Source: an uncultured Verrucomicrobiae bacterium (GTDB lineage: Bacteria; Verrucomicrobiota; Verrucomicrobiia; Limisphaerales; Palsa-1400). Taken from it: a stretch of 64,000 nucleotides of DNA. The stretch covers positions 32,001 through 96,000 of the forward strand of contig CAVXRD010000001.1 in assembly GCA_963764165.1 (NCBI GenBank), given 5' to 3'. Of the stretch, positions 20,326 to 30,748 are shown piece after piece. The notes beneath the pieces are model-generated. The model was not told the origin of the DNA and did no database searches. It saw nothing but the letters and a program-made list of their open reading frames with translations. The translations under genes were made by a program, and so were the position numbers. Within the stretch, counting starts at the first letter, position 1, and each line of letters begins with the position of its first letter.

Positions 20326-20363
20326 ACAGCGCGGTTATACATCGCAAGCGATGTTCCGCGCTT
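20326..20363 (-). other. Candidate MOBQ-type oriT
   Basis: Hairpin ACATCGC-AA-GCGATGT next to minus-strand TATAACCGCGCTGT (cf. MOBQ nic TAAGTGCGCCCT), between divergent relaxase and T4CP. Confidence 0.55.
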
Positions 20364-20569
20364 GGAGGGGGATTCCAAAGCCATCCCCCTCCTAGTCCAC
20401 CCCCGCTTTCACGGCCTCCGCCAAGCTCCGGCAGGGGCTGCCGCCCCTCGCTCAGACCACCCCGCTGGAAGGGCGTGCCGCCCTTTCAAAATCCCTGCCA
20501 AGGGTTGCCACCCGTTGACCGGCAATAGGGGCGACGCCGCCCCTAAAACCCCAAGTTGTCACGCATAGA

Positions 20570-22117
20570 GTGCATGAAATCGATTTCCCACGATTAGCGT
20601 TGCACGATGCTGTTTACAGCCCCAACGTTGCCCGCGTGGGAAACGGGCATGAGGCATTGCCGGAGTTTCACCCGCAGACGGTGTTGCGGGATTGGGGCAA
20701 CGGCAACGCCTTTCGCCTCGCCGATGCGCAGACAGGCGTCTGCGTATTCGGCGCAACCGGGAGTGGCAAAACCAGCGGCCCGGCCAAACACCTTGCCTAC
20801 GGCTACCTTGCCGCCGGGTTCGGCGGTTTGGTGCTTTGCGCCAAAATTGAAGAGCGTCGCCAATGGCAGCAATGGGCTGCCGATTGTGGCCGATTGGATG
20901 ACCTGGTCATCGTGGACAAATCCGCCAAATGGCGATTCAATTTCATGGAGTGGGAGGCCAGTCGGGAAGGCGGAGGCGCTGGCCTCACCATCAACATCGT
21001 CGCCTTGCTGGACGAGATTGCCAGTGCCGTTGCCCATTCGGCGGGCAAGGCAGACAGCGGTGGCGGCAACAACAAGTTTTGGGAAGACGCCCTTCATCAC
21101 CTGAACACCAATCTCGTAGAACTCCCAAAATTTGCCGGTATCCGCGTATCGCTTCCGCTATTGCGTTCTATTTTGGTTTCAGCACCCACTGACCTTACCC
21201 AAATTCAGGACATGAATTGGCAGAAGGAAAGTGTCTGCTGGAAGATCATCGACGAGGCCGATCAGGCAACCAAAGATGCCAGTGCAGACGTGCGGGCGGA
21301 CTTTAAGGAATGCCGGGATTACTGGCTCAAGGAATATCCCGTCTTGTCGGAAAAAACCCGCAGCATTATTGCCCTGACATTTTCCATGCTGGTGCGCCCG
21401 TTCATCACCCGGCCACTGAGGCAAATCTTCTCAAGCGACACCAACGTTAAGCCGGAGGATGCTTTTGCGGGCAAAATCATCATTGTCGATTTGCCCATTC
21501 AGGAATTCCGCGTGGCCGGACGGGTTGCAAATCTTGCATGGAAATACTGCTTCCAGGTGGCAGTATTGCGCCGCACGCAGCCCACCACACCAGACACTTA
21601 TCTGCGCCCGGTGTTCCTTTGGGCAGACGAAGCGCATAATTTCGTCAGCGATTTTGACGCTGAGTATCAGGCCGTGGCGCGAAGCGCGGGCGGATGCACT
21701 GTGTATCTGACACAGAACCGCGAAAGTTATCGCCGCGTGCTCGGCAATTCCGACGCCGTGGATTCACTCCTTGGCAACCTGCAAGCCAAGTTCTTTTGCC
21801 AGAATAGCGGCGATACCAACGAATGGGCGGCAAAACTGCTTGGAGAACGCTGGATTCATGTCACCAGCACCAACGTCGGCCAGAACAGAGCGGACGATAT
21901 ACGCAGTGAGGGTGGCCACCAATCCGGCGTCTCGCGCAGCGAGCAGCGGCGATATTTTGTGGAACCGTCGCGCTTCACTACGCTCAAGCGCGGAGGCGCA
22001 CAGCATGGCTATCAGGTGCAGGCCATTGTTTACAATGGCGGCCACGTATTTCCCACTGGACTCCAAGGCAAGGAGGAACTCCTGCCTTATAAACTCCTAA
22101 CCTTCAACCAAAGATAA
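20570..22117 (+). CDS. Type IV coupling protein-like ATPase (TraD/TraG/VirD4 family)
   Basis: Walker A GATGSGKT, Walker B LWADEAHNF, YLTQN, LLGNL..KFF, WAAKLLG. Confidence 0.85.
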   Translation: MHEIDFPRLALHDAVYSPNVARVGNGHEALPEFHPQTVLRDWGNGNAFRLADAQTGVCVFGATGSGKTSGPAKHLAYGYLAAGFGGLVLCAKIEERRQWQQWAADCGRLDDLVIVDKSAKWRFNFMEWEASREGGGAGLTINIVALLDEIASAVAHSAGKADSGGGNNKFWEDALHHLNTNLVELPKFAGIRVSLPLLRSILVSAPTDLTQIQDMNWQKESVCWKIIDEADQATKDASADVRADFKECRDYWLKEYPVLSEKTRSIIALTFSMLVRPFITRPLRQIFSSDTNVKPEDAFAGKIIIVDLPIQEFRVAGRVANLAWKYCFQVAVLRRTQPTTPDTYLRPVFLWADEAHNFVSDFDAEYQAVARSAGGCTVYLTQNRESYRRVLGNSDAVDSLLGNLQAKFFCQNSGDTNEWAAKLLGERWIHVTSTNVGQNRADDIRSEGGHQSGVSRSEQRRYFVEPSRFTTLKRGGAQHGYQVQAIVYNGGHVFPTGLQGKEELLPYKLLTFNQR

Positions 22118-22120
22118 AAT

Positions 22121-22993
22121 ATGGCTGTTCAACGCAACGACGAACTAACGCTGGGCGAAAAAATGAAGATCGTCCAAATCTTGTCAATATACCCGGCCCT
22201 CACCGTCATGGTGTTCAGCCGCCGCAAGCTGGGCTTTCGGATGCTCAAGCCCAGCAGGCTCATCGGCGTCGCCATGCTGCTTGTCGTCGTCAATGACGTG
22301 TTTGGGTTTTTTAACGGGCTGGGCTTTTGGTTCTCTGAATACCCGTGGATTTTTTTAGGTTTTGCGTTCTTTCAGCGGTGGCGGCGCTGGCAGGAAATCT
22401 GCCGGGGCGAACGCTGGCACACCATGTCGCCCGGCATCTCATTTCTTGAAGATTTGCCGCTGCCGGAAATTCTCACGTCGCACCGGCGCATTTACCGCTT
22501 CGTGGAACCCGTCGCCTATTATATTTTGGGCTGCATCCTCGTGCATCTCGGCCTTGCGGCATTGGGACGATGGATTGCCTTTGCCGGATTCTGCTCGTTC
22601 ATTTTTGAACAAACGGTGTATGAGCGGCAGCTTGACCGCGACCTGGACACGCTGGACGGATTAGTTGCGGCGGAAGTTCAGGCCGAAACAGCCGAACACT
22701 TTTCCGGCGACATGGTGTCTGTCAATCAGCGCACATTGACCGATACAGCAGGCATACCCACCGGCGTGGCTTTTGACATTCACCGGCAGATTGAGAAACG
22801 GCGCGCACGCCAAGCTGTCAAGCCCGAGAAATATGCAACAGAAGCGACCACGCGAATTGTCCAAGTAAACGTGGCCGCGCCATCACCTGCGCCACTGGCC
22901 CCGCCGTCGAGTCCAGTTGCGGAAACGCCACCGCCAGCAGCGCGACCGGCCATTGATAATCTGGCCAAGGATGAGCCGGAAAATCCGGCATAG
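22121..22993 (+). CDS. Integral membrane protein with Pro-rich tail, downstream of the T4CP
   Basis: Several hydrophobic segments; starts 3 bp after the T4CP stop. Confidence 0.75.
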   Translation: MAVQRNDELTLGEKMKIVQILSIYPALTVMVFSRRKLGFRMLKPSRLIGVAMLLVVVNDVFGFFNGLGFWFSEYPWIFLGFAFFQRWRRWQEICRGERWHTMSPGISFLEDLPLPEILTSHRRIYRFVEPVAYYILGCILVHLGLAALGRWIAFAGFCSFIFEQTVYERQLDRDLDTLDGLVAAEVQAETAEHFSGDMVSVNQRTLTDTAGIPTGVAFDIHRQIEKRRARQAVKPEKYATEATTRIVQVNVAAPSPAPLAPPSSPVAETPPPAARPAIDNLAKDEPENPA

Positions 22994-23083
22994 GAGGGTT
23001 TATGACACCGCCCTTTTCGCCTTTTTGTTGTGGCATACGCTGTTGCTCGCTATAACACGGTGCATGACAGTGAAAGGACGCGC

Positions 23084-24493
23084 ATGAGCACTACACCCGA
23101 GCAAATCAACCTGTGGCGCAGCGCTCCGTCCGAGCATCAGCGTTTGGAGTTCAAGGAGGCGAAGACACAGTTCGACTTCAACAAGCTCTGCAAATATTGC
23201 GTTGCCATCGCCAATGAAGGCGGCGGAAACCTTTTGCTTGGCGTGGCTGACCAACCGCCTCGCCCGGTTGTTGGCACTATGGCGGTGAACAATCCTGTTG
23301 GCATGGCGGAGAAACTTTTCCAGACACTCGGCTTTCGTGTGGACGTTGAGGAGGTCAATCATCCCGACGGGCGCGTGGTGGTCTTTCACATTCCTTCGCG
23401 CCCGCGAGGGACGGCCTACCATCTGGAGGGCGCTTACCTCATGCGTGCCGGTCAAGAACTCGTGCCCATGAGCGAAGATCAATTGCGTCGCATCTTTGCC
23501 GAGGGTGAGCCGGACTGGCTGGAAGAACATACAAAGACGGGGCTGGATGCCGCGCAGGTGGTCGAACTCCTCGACACGCAGAACTTTTTTGAACTGCTCA
23601 AGCTGCCATACCCTGCCGACCAAGCCGGTGTGCTCGACCGCCTCCGACAAGAGCGTCTCCTAGATTTGAAAGCTGGCAAATATGCCATCCGCCGACTCGG
23701 CGCATTATTGCTGGCCAAGCGGCTTCAGGACTTCCCGGATATTTCCCGGAAAGCTCCGCGCGTGATCGTTTATACCGGCACGTCGAAACTCGCCACCAAG
23801 CTCGATGAGCCGGGCGTCAAAGGATATGCCGTTGGCTTTCGTGAACTCGTCCATTTCATAATGTCCCAGCTTCCGCAGAATGAAGTCATCGAGGACGCCT
23901 TGCGCAAAGAGGTGAAGCTCGTCCCCGAAGTCTCCATTCGCGAACTCACGGCCAATGCTCTCATTCATCAGGATTTTCACATCAGCGGCGCGTCCGTGAT
24001 GATCGAGATTTACACCGACCGTGCCGAGATTTCCAATCCGGGCGAGCCGCTTGTTCCGCCGGATCGTTTCATTGACGGCTACCAGTCCCGCAACGAACGT
24101 CTGGCCGACCTCATGCGCCGCTTCGCCATCTGTGAGGAAAAAAGCAGCGGCATTGACAAAGTGATTCATGCGGCAGAGGCGTTCCAACTTCCCGCCCCGG
24201 ATTTCCGCACCACCCATCGCCGGACAGTGGTTGTCATCTTCGGGCCAAAGAATTTTGATGACATGGATCGTGACGACCGCATCCGTGCCTGCTATCAACA
24301 TTGCGCTTTGAAATGGGTCATGGGAGAACGCATGACCAACCAATCCTTGCGTGGACGCTTCCGCCTGCCGGAACACAAAACCGCCATAATCTCCCAAATC
24401 ATCGCCGCCGCGATTGAGGCCAAGGTTGTCAAACTGGATGACAAGGTCGGTGTTTCACGCAAATATGCCCGTTACCTGCCATTCTGGGCGTGA
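23084..24493 (+). CDS. Schlafen/AlbA_2 domain plus HATPase_c_4 protein
   Basis: EHQRLEFKEA, AIANEGGG.LLLGV, RELTANALIHQDF, EISNPG, SRNERLA. Confidence 0.88.
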   Translation: MSTTPEQINLWRSAPSEHQRLEFKEAKTQFDFNKLCKYCVAIANEGGGNLLLGVADQPPRPVVGTMAVNNPVGMAEKLFQTLGFRVDVEEVNHPDGRVVVFHIPSRPRGTAYHLEGAYLMRAGQELVPMSEDQLRRIFAEGEPDWLEEHTKTGLDAAQVVELLDTQNFFELLKLPYPADQAGVLDRLRQERLLDLKAGKYAIRRLGALLLAKRLQDFPDISRKAPRVIVYTGTSKLATKLDEPGVKGYAVGFRELVHFIMSQLPQNEVIEDALRKEVKLVPEVSIRELTANALIHQDFHISGASVMIEIYTDRAEISNPGEPLVPPDRFIDGYQSRNERLADLMRRFAICEEKSSGIDKVIHAAEAFQLPAPDFRTTHRRTVVVIFGPKNFDDMDRDDRIRACYQHCALKWVMGERMTNQSLRGRFRLPEHKTAIISQIIAAAIEAKVVKLDDKVGVSRKYARYLPFWA

Positions 24494-24759
24494 AAACTTA
24501 TTTAATGGCAACCCATCGCGTAACCATCAAGCATCCCGTAACCCACTGAACATGAAGGACATGCTTATTTAAGCGTTTGCCTGCGGAAATCTGGAAACAG
24601 AGGTGTGAAATTTTGTGACGCCTTGTGACGGGGGCGCTTGGCGGCCGAACGAAACGAGTTGAGCAGGCAGAGCTATTGTCACCTAATTTTGGAGAGTGAC
24701 CAGGACAAGCATTTTCTGACGCCCATAGGCATAACCCCAGTTGTAGGGGTTGGTCGGTC

Positions 24760-25672
24760 ATGAAAATCTTGAAGACGATTAGCAATGCCTTCATCTTTGA
24801 TACGAATGACATCGAATTTCAAATTGCCAGCGGACGGGGCGAAACACGCGATAACTTTTTTAACGCCCAACGGTAAAGAAAAGGGTTCGACCCAAGGGAA
24901 TCTTTTTGAAGTCATTCAGAAATACGAGCGTCGATTTGTGGTTGATAATCACATTGATTGGTTTGGATTGTCTGGGTTGCCCGAAAATTCTAACGTTGCC
25001 TTTATTCTTGGCACGACGACAGACAGAGAAACCTGCTTCCTAAAATCTCTTTTTGAGGACAAAACTGGAAAACTCAAGGTTCGGCAAAATGTTTTCATGT
25101 TTGGAATGCAAAGTCCGAAACGCCCCACGCAACAAGAAGTTCTTGCGGGAAATTTGCCGCCGTTGACACCAGACCTAGTCATTTCACGGCTTGATGAATA
25201 TGCCACTTTAGTTATGGACATGGAGGGCATTCGTAAATTTGAGCAGCCCGACGGCGATAAGGGAAAGTTTGACTCGTCTTGGTCTATCGCTGACGAGAAA
25301 AAAAAGTTGCTGGCATTGCTGTCCGTAAACGAAATCGAGGAAATTGAGCAGATGCCAGAGTTGCCAGATCGGCGACTGAAAGATGATGAATTCCGCCTCG
25401 AAATTGAGCGCAAGAAACCTAAATGTTTCAAACGATTTTGGGAAAGCAATGATGTGGCGCGCTTGGCCTATTCACGCTTATTGCTTTTTTCCAACAAAAT
25501 GCGCAACGAATTTGCCAAACCTAATTACGCCAATGTTTTCGGCGACCTTCACCTTATTCAGAACACACTGTTTTTTAATGCCGGATTCGCCAGCAAGGAC
25601 AAAGCTGTAGTCTCAATGGCGAGGTTTTGCGGATTGCCGAGGTTTGAGCCATCCGTCAGAACCGGGAGTTAG
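24760..25672 (+). CDS. Hypothetical protein, possibly PIN-like, possibly frameshifted at a T6 run
   Basis: Long ORF 24785-25672 with C-terminal GDLHLIQ...FASKDK; overlapping ORF 24760-24876 carries FIFDTND. Confidence 0.55.
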
Positions 25673-25736
25673 ATAGCATCAGACGGGAGAGGAGTGACAT
25701 TGGACTCGGCCGTTTGCACATTCTCATTTCGTGGGG

Positions 25737-26450
25737 ACAAATTCTGCCGCAAGTTTTTGGGCTTCGCGCTTTTGTTCTGGACTCATATAAGTAGAAACAT
25801 ATTGGATTGCATCCATTCCCATTATACTCCTAGGTTTGCCCTGTGCTTGGGCCAAAGATAGCCACTTATAAGCCAAGACATTACTTTTTTCTGCTCCATC
25901 CATTCCCATAGTTTCAGAATAGCAACAACCCAGTTCAGCTTGAGCCGCAGCATCATTATGATTTGCCGCTTGAGTAAGCCATTTCACAGCTTCTATGGCA
26001 TTTATCGGAACTCCTTTGCCATACTTATAACAGACGCCTAAACGTAACGCGGCTTGAACATCGCCGCTTTCAGCTAGTTTCTGATCCTTTTTAACTTGAT
26101 TGGCAGTAGCGATGGTAGCTGGGTTGGCTTCGCTCGCTTGCACATTTTCATTCTGGGAAACAAATTCTGCCGCAAGTTTTTGGGCTTCGCTCTTTTGTTC
26201 TGGACTCATATAAGTAGAAACATACTGGATTGCATCCATGCCCATTATGCTCCCAGGCTTGCCCTGTGCTTGGGCTAAAGACAGCCATTTATAAGCCAAA
26301 ACATTACTTTTTTCTACCCCATCCATTCCCATAGTTTCAGAATAGCAACAACCCAGTTCAGCTTGAGCTGTAGCATCGTTATGATTTGCCGCTTGAGTAA
26401 GCCACTTCACAGCTTCTACGGCATTTATTGGCACACCGTCACCATACTTA
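25737..26450. repeat. Internal near-identical duplication within the Sel1 gene (423-bp period)
   Basis: ACAAATTCTGCCGCAAG... at 25737 and 26160; 141-aa periodicity. Confidence 0.9.
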
Positions 26451-26834
26451 TTGCAGAGGCCTAAACACAATTCGCCTTGAACACTTCCTTGTTCAGCCGC
26501 TTTACGAAACCAATTGACGGCCTGATTTTTATCCACATTGACGCCGCGACCTGAATAATAAGCTCTGCCAATCTCGACTTGGGCATTCACCATACCTTGT
26601 TCAGCCGCTTTATTAAGCCATTTTACGGATTCAGCATCATCCTTGCCTCCTGCCGCAAAGTTGGTTGTCTGGGTTGAGTAATCCAAACCCAAACAAAATT
26701 GAGCAGTCGCATCGCCGCTTTCAGCCAATCTCTTGTCATTATTAAATTGTATCTCTTCTTGTGGTTCAATGGCGGGAGCAACTTTAGCGGGGGATGGTGC
26801 TGGTGAAGAGGCAGGAGTATCACTTGTGTACTTA

Positions 26835-27764
26835 GAGCCCGTCTGAAAATTGATTTTCATTGGGAAATTAAGCCAATCGGCGAAGTTGGAGGCGTATCAT
26901 GGCGATAAAGATCCAAGCCTCGGCGCTTGTTTCAGTGTTTTCGTAATCCCGCACCAATCGACGGTGGCGCATGAGCCAGCCAAAGGTTCGCTCTACCACC
27001 CAGCGGTGCGGCAACACCTTGAACCCGCTGGTGTCGTCGGAGCGTTTAACAACCTCTACCTCCAGATTGGGTTTGAGTTCCTTGACCCACTGCGCGAAGG
27101 CATCGCCCGTGTAGCCACCATCCACCCATAGGAGGCGGAGCCGGGTGAACCAGCCCAGCACCTGGCGCAAAACCGTTTGCGCTCCGTCCCGTTCCGGAGT
27201 GCTGGCCGGAGTCACCGCCACTCCGAGCACCAGGCCTAAAGTGTCCACCAGCAGATGCCGCTTGCGGCCTTTGATCCGCTTGGCGGCGTCATAGCCAACA
27301 TTGCCTCCATGACCGTCGGATTTCACGCTTTGGCTATCCAGAATCGCCGCCGTCGGCTGGGAGCGTTTGTCGTGGGTTTTCCGAACGAAGGTGCGCAGCG
27401 CGTCATTGAGTGCCGCCCACTGATGGTTCACAGCCCATTTCCGGAAAACATGGTAAACGGTTTTCCACGGGGGAAAGTCAGTGGGCAGATAACGCCACGG
27501 ATTGCCGCATTTGATCAGATAGAGAATGGCATCCATGATGCGCCGCCGGTCTGTGGGAGGCCGTCCGCGCCGGGACGGCTTGGGAAGCATCGGCTTGAGG
27601 AAGTCCCATTGGGCATCGGTGAGGTCGGAGTCATATTTAGCGTTTTTCACGCTTCAACGGAAGCTGCGCTTGAAATGTAGGCGCTTTTCGCCGAAGCCAA
27701 AGTCAACTAAACAATGCAACTTTTATTTACTCGTTACCTTCATTCTGATTATTCAGACGCGCTC
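26835..27764 (-). mobile_element. IS5-family (IS1031-like) insertion sequence, 930 bp
   Basis: TIRs GAGCCCGTCTGAA / GAGCGCGTCTGAA (reverse complement); TTA duplication at 26832-26834 and 27765-27767. Confidence 0.93.
26868..27650 (-). CDS. IS5-family transposase
   Basis: YDSDLTDAQW, WRYLPTDFPPW, LDSQSVK, GRKRHLLVDTLG, RWVVERTFGW. Confidence 0.96.
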   Translation of the reverse strand: MKNAKYDSDLTDAQWDFLKPMLPKPSRRGRPPTDRRRIMDAILYLIKCGNPWRYLPTDFPPWKTVYHVFRKWAVNHQWAALNDALRTFVRKTHDKRSQPTAAILDSQSVKSDGHGGNVGYDAAKRIKGRKRHLLVDTLGLVLGVAVTPASTPERDGAQTVLRQVLGWFTRLRLLWVDGGYTGDAFAQWVKELKPNLEVEVVKRSDDTSGFKVLPHRWVVERTFGWLMRHRRLVRDYENTETSAEAWIFIAMIRLQLRRLA

Positions 27765-28892
27765 TTAGGATTGCTGCCACCGGATGGATTTGCAGAGCCA
27801 GTCGAGCTTGAACTTGTGGTGCTGGTGGAATTGTTTCCCGAATTTGCCAATATAACTATCACGATGACTACACCAGCGAGAACAGCCAAGATTATTCCGG
27901 CTTTCGATTTGGTTGGCGCGTTTGCTATTTGTTTGGCTGGCTCCAGCGGGTTCCGTTGTTCAGCTTGCGCTTCCGGCTGTTGGTCCCCATGTCGCTGGCG
28001 ACTGGCTTCTGCCAATTGTGCAGCGCGATATTTTATGTATAGCGCTCGCGCTTTGGCATCGTCACCGCCCATTTCTGCATAGGCCCTTGTCCAGAGCCCG
28101 GCAACCAATTTCTTTTCCTTCAATTCCCGCGCAACTTCATCATAAAATTTGTCGTCTTCAGCTTGCTTTAGCTTCCTTTCTTTTCGCCTTGCAAGCCATC
28201 CACTTCCCAAATAGCAGATTAACCCAGCCAACGACCCGCAGAAAAAGTCAGTCAAAACTACTGTCACTGGATGTTGCTGATACGCAGGGTCGTTTTTTTG
28301 CGCATCTTGGTATGCAAACATACCGCCAAGCAGCAGCGAGACAAGTATGGCGGTTAAAATTCGCGTTGGTTTATTCATTTTGCAAAACCCCCATTAAAAC
28401 TAAATGAGAGCTGGGTTTGAACACAAGATAAATACCCGTGCTGAGGACGCGGACAACAAACCGTCCCCCGTCCGTCCAAGAGGCGCAAGCGGCCGCTCGC
28501 TTTCAGCGTGGCAGGCCACCGCGCAACTTGTGCCACTTGTCCTTGCCCATTTGAGTCTGAGATTTGACCGTCCGTGTTCCGCCGTGCGCCTTTAGGCTTG
28601 CCTCATCCCCGTCAAGCCACGGCTCCCGGGTACTCACCGCCAGCCAAAAGTCAGAACCGCGCGACCCAGCGTCCCATTTTGATAGCGGCGTCAGACTGTG
28701 ATTTTGCTGCTTCGGTTTTGCCCTTGTGGGACAATGATTTGCAACCATTTCCGGCGACGCAGGCAACATGACGCTGAAAGCCTCGACGTTGCGGTTTGAG
28801 GTTAGTATTTCTCCAATCATATAACCTTCATGTACTTAAAGCGTGAAGCCTTGTCTGCCGGACGCAAACTTGCCTGATTGCTCATGTGCCCG

Positions 28893-29828
28893 TCACTGAA
28901 ACTGAAAAGTCAGCACGCAATTGACGTAGTTGCCGTTACTGATGCTCATGGAATAGGTTCGGGGTTTAGTGGCAACGCCGCCATTATCGTAGCATGACTC
29001 TGTTTCAGGCCATATTGCTGTCGTTGTATCCGTAGGGCCGTTATCGCTATTCCAACCATAGCCCCAACCTCCATTGCCTCCGGGAACATAGGCATTATTT
29101 GTATTCTGCGAAGTCACTCTCCCTGTTTCCGGCATACCATCATCCATCTTCTTATCAATGTCATAAGCTTGCCGGACGCTCACGGAAGGTATGAGATTAT
29201 CCGGCTGGCAACTCCATGTATTGCCGACCGCGGGCATGTTTTGAACCTGGAAATAATTAATGCCGTTGACGCTCCAAACATACACATAACCACCTTGCCC
29301 CAGCTTCGCTTGAGGAAAAAATGCGCTCAGATTCGTGCTGGGTATAAGCGTTGTGGCAAAAGGACTGCTGGTAACGGCAGTGAATGATCCTTCAATAAGA
29401 TTGATGTTCATGCCGTTGGCATAGGTCAGATCGGTCCAGAACAGGCCGGTTTCTCCGCAGGAGATTCGCCAGCCATTATTCTGGCCGGATGAATTCCAGT
29501 TTACACCTTCTATTACGCCGTTCCCGTCGCCTTCGCCTGCGTAGACGCCTCGGGCGAAGAACCCGAATTGTTGGGCAACCTGTCCATTCAGATCTCCCGG
29601 CAGCGCATTAAACTTGCCCCGGAAGGTGTTCACAGCGGTATTGAGCTTCTCTATCTGTGTAATCTGTGCACGCTCTGCAGCAGCATTTATCAAATCCCGC
29701 CCCACCAGCACTCCACCGACAATAAACCCAATGACAACGAGGACGATGCTCAATTCGATGAGCGTGAAGGCCGCAATCAAAGCCTGCTTGGCGGAACGCG
29801 AAGCCATAAGCACTTGCATCTGGTTCAA
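28893..29828 (-). CDS. Prepilin-type N-terminal cleavage/methylation protein (pilin/pseudopilin)
   Basis: AA|FTLIELSIVLVVIG, NALPGD, IDKKMDDGMP; start uncertain (29828, 29819 or 29807). Confidence 0.85.
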   Translation of the reverse strand: MNQMQVLMASRSAKQALIAAFTLIELSIVLVVIGFIVGGVLVGRDLINAAAERAQITQIEKLNTAVNTFRGKFNALPGDLNGQVAQQFGFFARGVYAGEGDGNGVIEGVNWNSSGQNNGWRISCGETGLFWTDLTYANGMNINLIEGSFTAVTSSPFATTLIPSTNLSAFFPQAKLGQGGYVYVWSVNGINYFQVQNMPAVGNTWSCQPDNLIPSVSVRQAYDIDKKMDDGMPETGRVTSQNTNNAYVPGGNGGWGYGWNSDNGPTDTTTAIWPETESCYDNGGVATKPRTYSMSISNGNYVNCVLTFQFQ

Positions 29829-30181
29829 GAGAAGCCCTAACTGGTTGTGGCAACTGCACTTCTTGCATAATCCATGTCGCCGACAATGTCATCCTCATTT
29901 GAAGCACTGACGTAGAGGAATTTGCCCCACGTCCTGAGCGCGACGGCTTTGTTCCGCTTCGCTTGCCCCCTTGCCCCGCCGCTCCGCTCCGCAAAACCGC
30001 CGCCCTCACGCCGCCCCCGATTCCAGCTTGTCACTCAGAATGAAAGCCGCTGCGTTCCGCTTACTCGCCCGCCCCCTTTTGCCCACGGGCGACCGCTCCA
30101 CTGCGCGCCTTTCCCTCTGAGCGACAAGGTTTCGCGGCCCCCGCGCCCCATTTGGTAGTCATTGGGTTGCTTTCAAATCCG

Positions 30182-30340
30182 TTTTTTTGCGCGTCCTCCT
30201 GCCTATCGCCCTCACCAGCCTGCTTTTCGAGCCGGGGGCCGGACAGCGGTGCCCTCTGAAGACTACTCCCGCTGGCCGCCCGGCTCGGCAGGCTTTTGTT
30301 GGCGAAGGGCGATAGGCCGAGAACGCACAGAGCAAAAAAA
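30182..30340. promoter_or_regulatory. Large stem-loop ahead of leading-region-type genes (Frpo/ssi-like candidate)
   Basis: Nested IRs GCCTATCGCCCT/AGGGCGATAGGC, AGCCTGC/GCAGGCT, CGAGCCGGG/CCCGGCTCG and T7GC/GCA7. Confidence 0.5.
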
Positions 30341-30346
30341 AAGATT

Positions 30347-30733
30347 ATGAAAACAAAACAAAATTCTAAATCAGTTTCAGAGCTCCAGAACCGGACCGCA
30401 CAGGGCAGTGAACACAAGGCAGAATTGCCGAAGATTGATTTGAACAAACGGAATCAGAACCGGGTTTTACCGATGGAATCCTTGCTTGAGTTGATTCGGA
30501 AGGAAGCACCCGCGTTTTGGGATGCGGTGGAAGTCGTCGGCAAGTGGGTATGGTTGCAGTTCGACGGCAAACAGCCGAGGGAGATTACCGCCGTTATCTC
30601 TCAGCTTGGTTTCCATTGGAACAACCGCCGCCAAGTCTGGCAGCACCCTTGCGGGCAAGTGACCGTCCGGGCGGACTTCGATCCCCGCCGTAAATATCGT
30701 TCTTACTTTCCGTCCGACCAGAAGCCCGCCTAA
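30347..30733 (+). CDS. Hypothetical mobile-element protein
   Basis: ATG after an A-rich leader; GKWVWLQF...LGFHWNNRRQVWQH. Confidence 0.7.
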   Translation: MKTKQNSKSVSELQNRTAQGSEHKAELPKIDLNKRNQNRVLPMESLLELIRKEAPAFWDAVEVVGKWVWLQFDGKQPREITAVISQLGFHWNNRRQVWQHPCGQVTVRADFDPRRKYRSYFPSDQKPA

Positions 30734-30748
30734 CCGGAGATTTTACCT

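Larger units (their letters stand above)
25669..28378 (-). pseudogene. Membrane-anchored Sel1-repeat protein split by IS5
   Basis: Removing IS plus one TSD joins ...GGSNPK to YTSDT... in frame; Sel1 repeats AAEQG..AQ..LG. Confidence 0.88.

Noticed and set aside
17938..23040. GTGGCATACGC shared at 17938 and 23030 as a recombination site
   Set aside because: An 11-bp match without extended similarity is plausibly chance
28893..29150. Diversity-generating retroelement target in the pilin C-terminus
   Set aside because: No template repeat or reverse transcriptase seen in the window
23000..29900. Integron cassette array
   Set aside because: No intI, no recognisable attC sites, and cargo genes lie in both orientations
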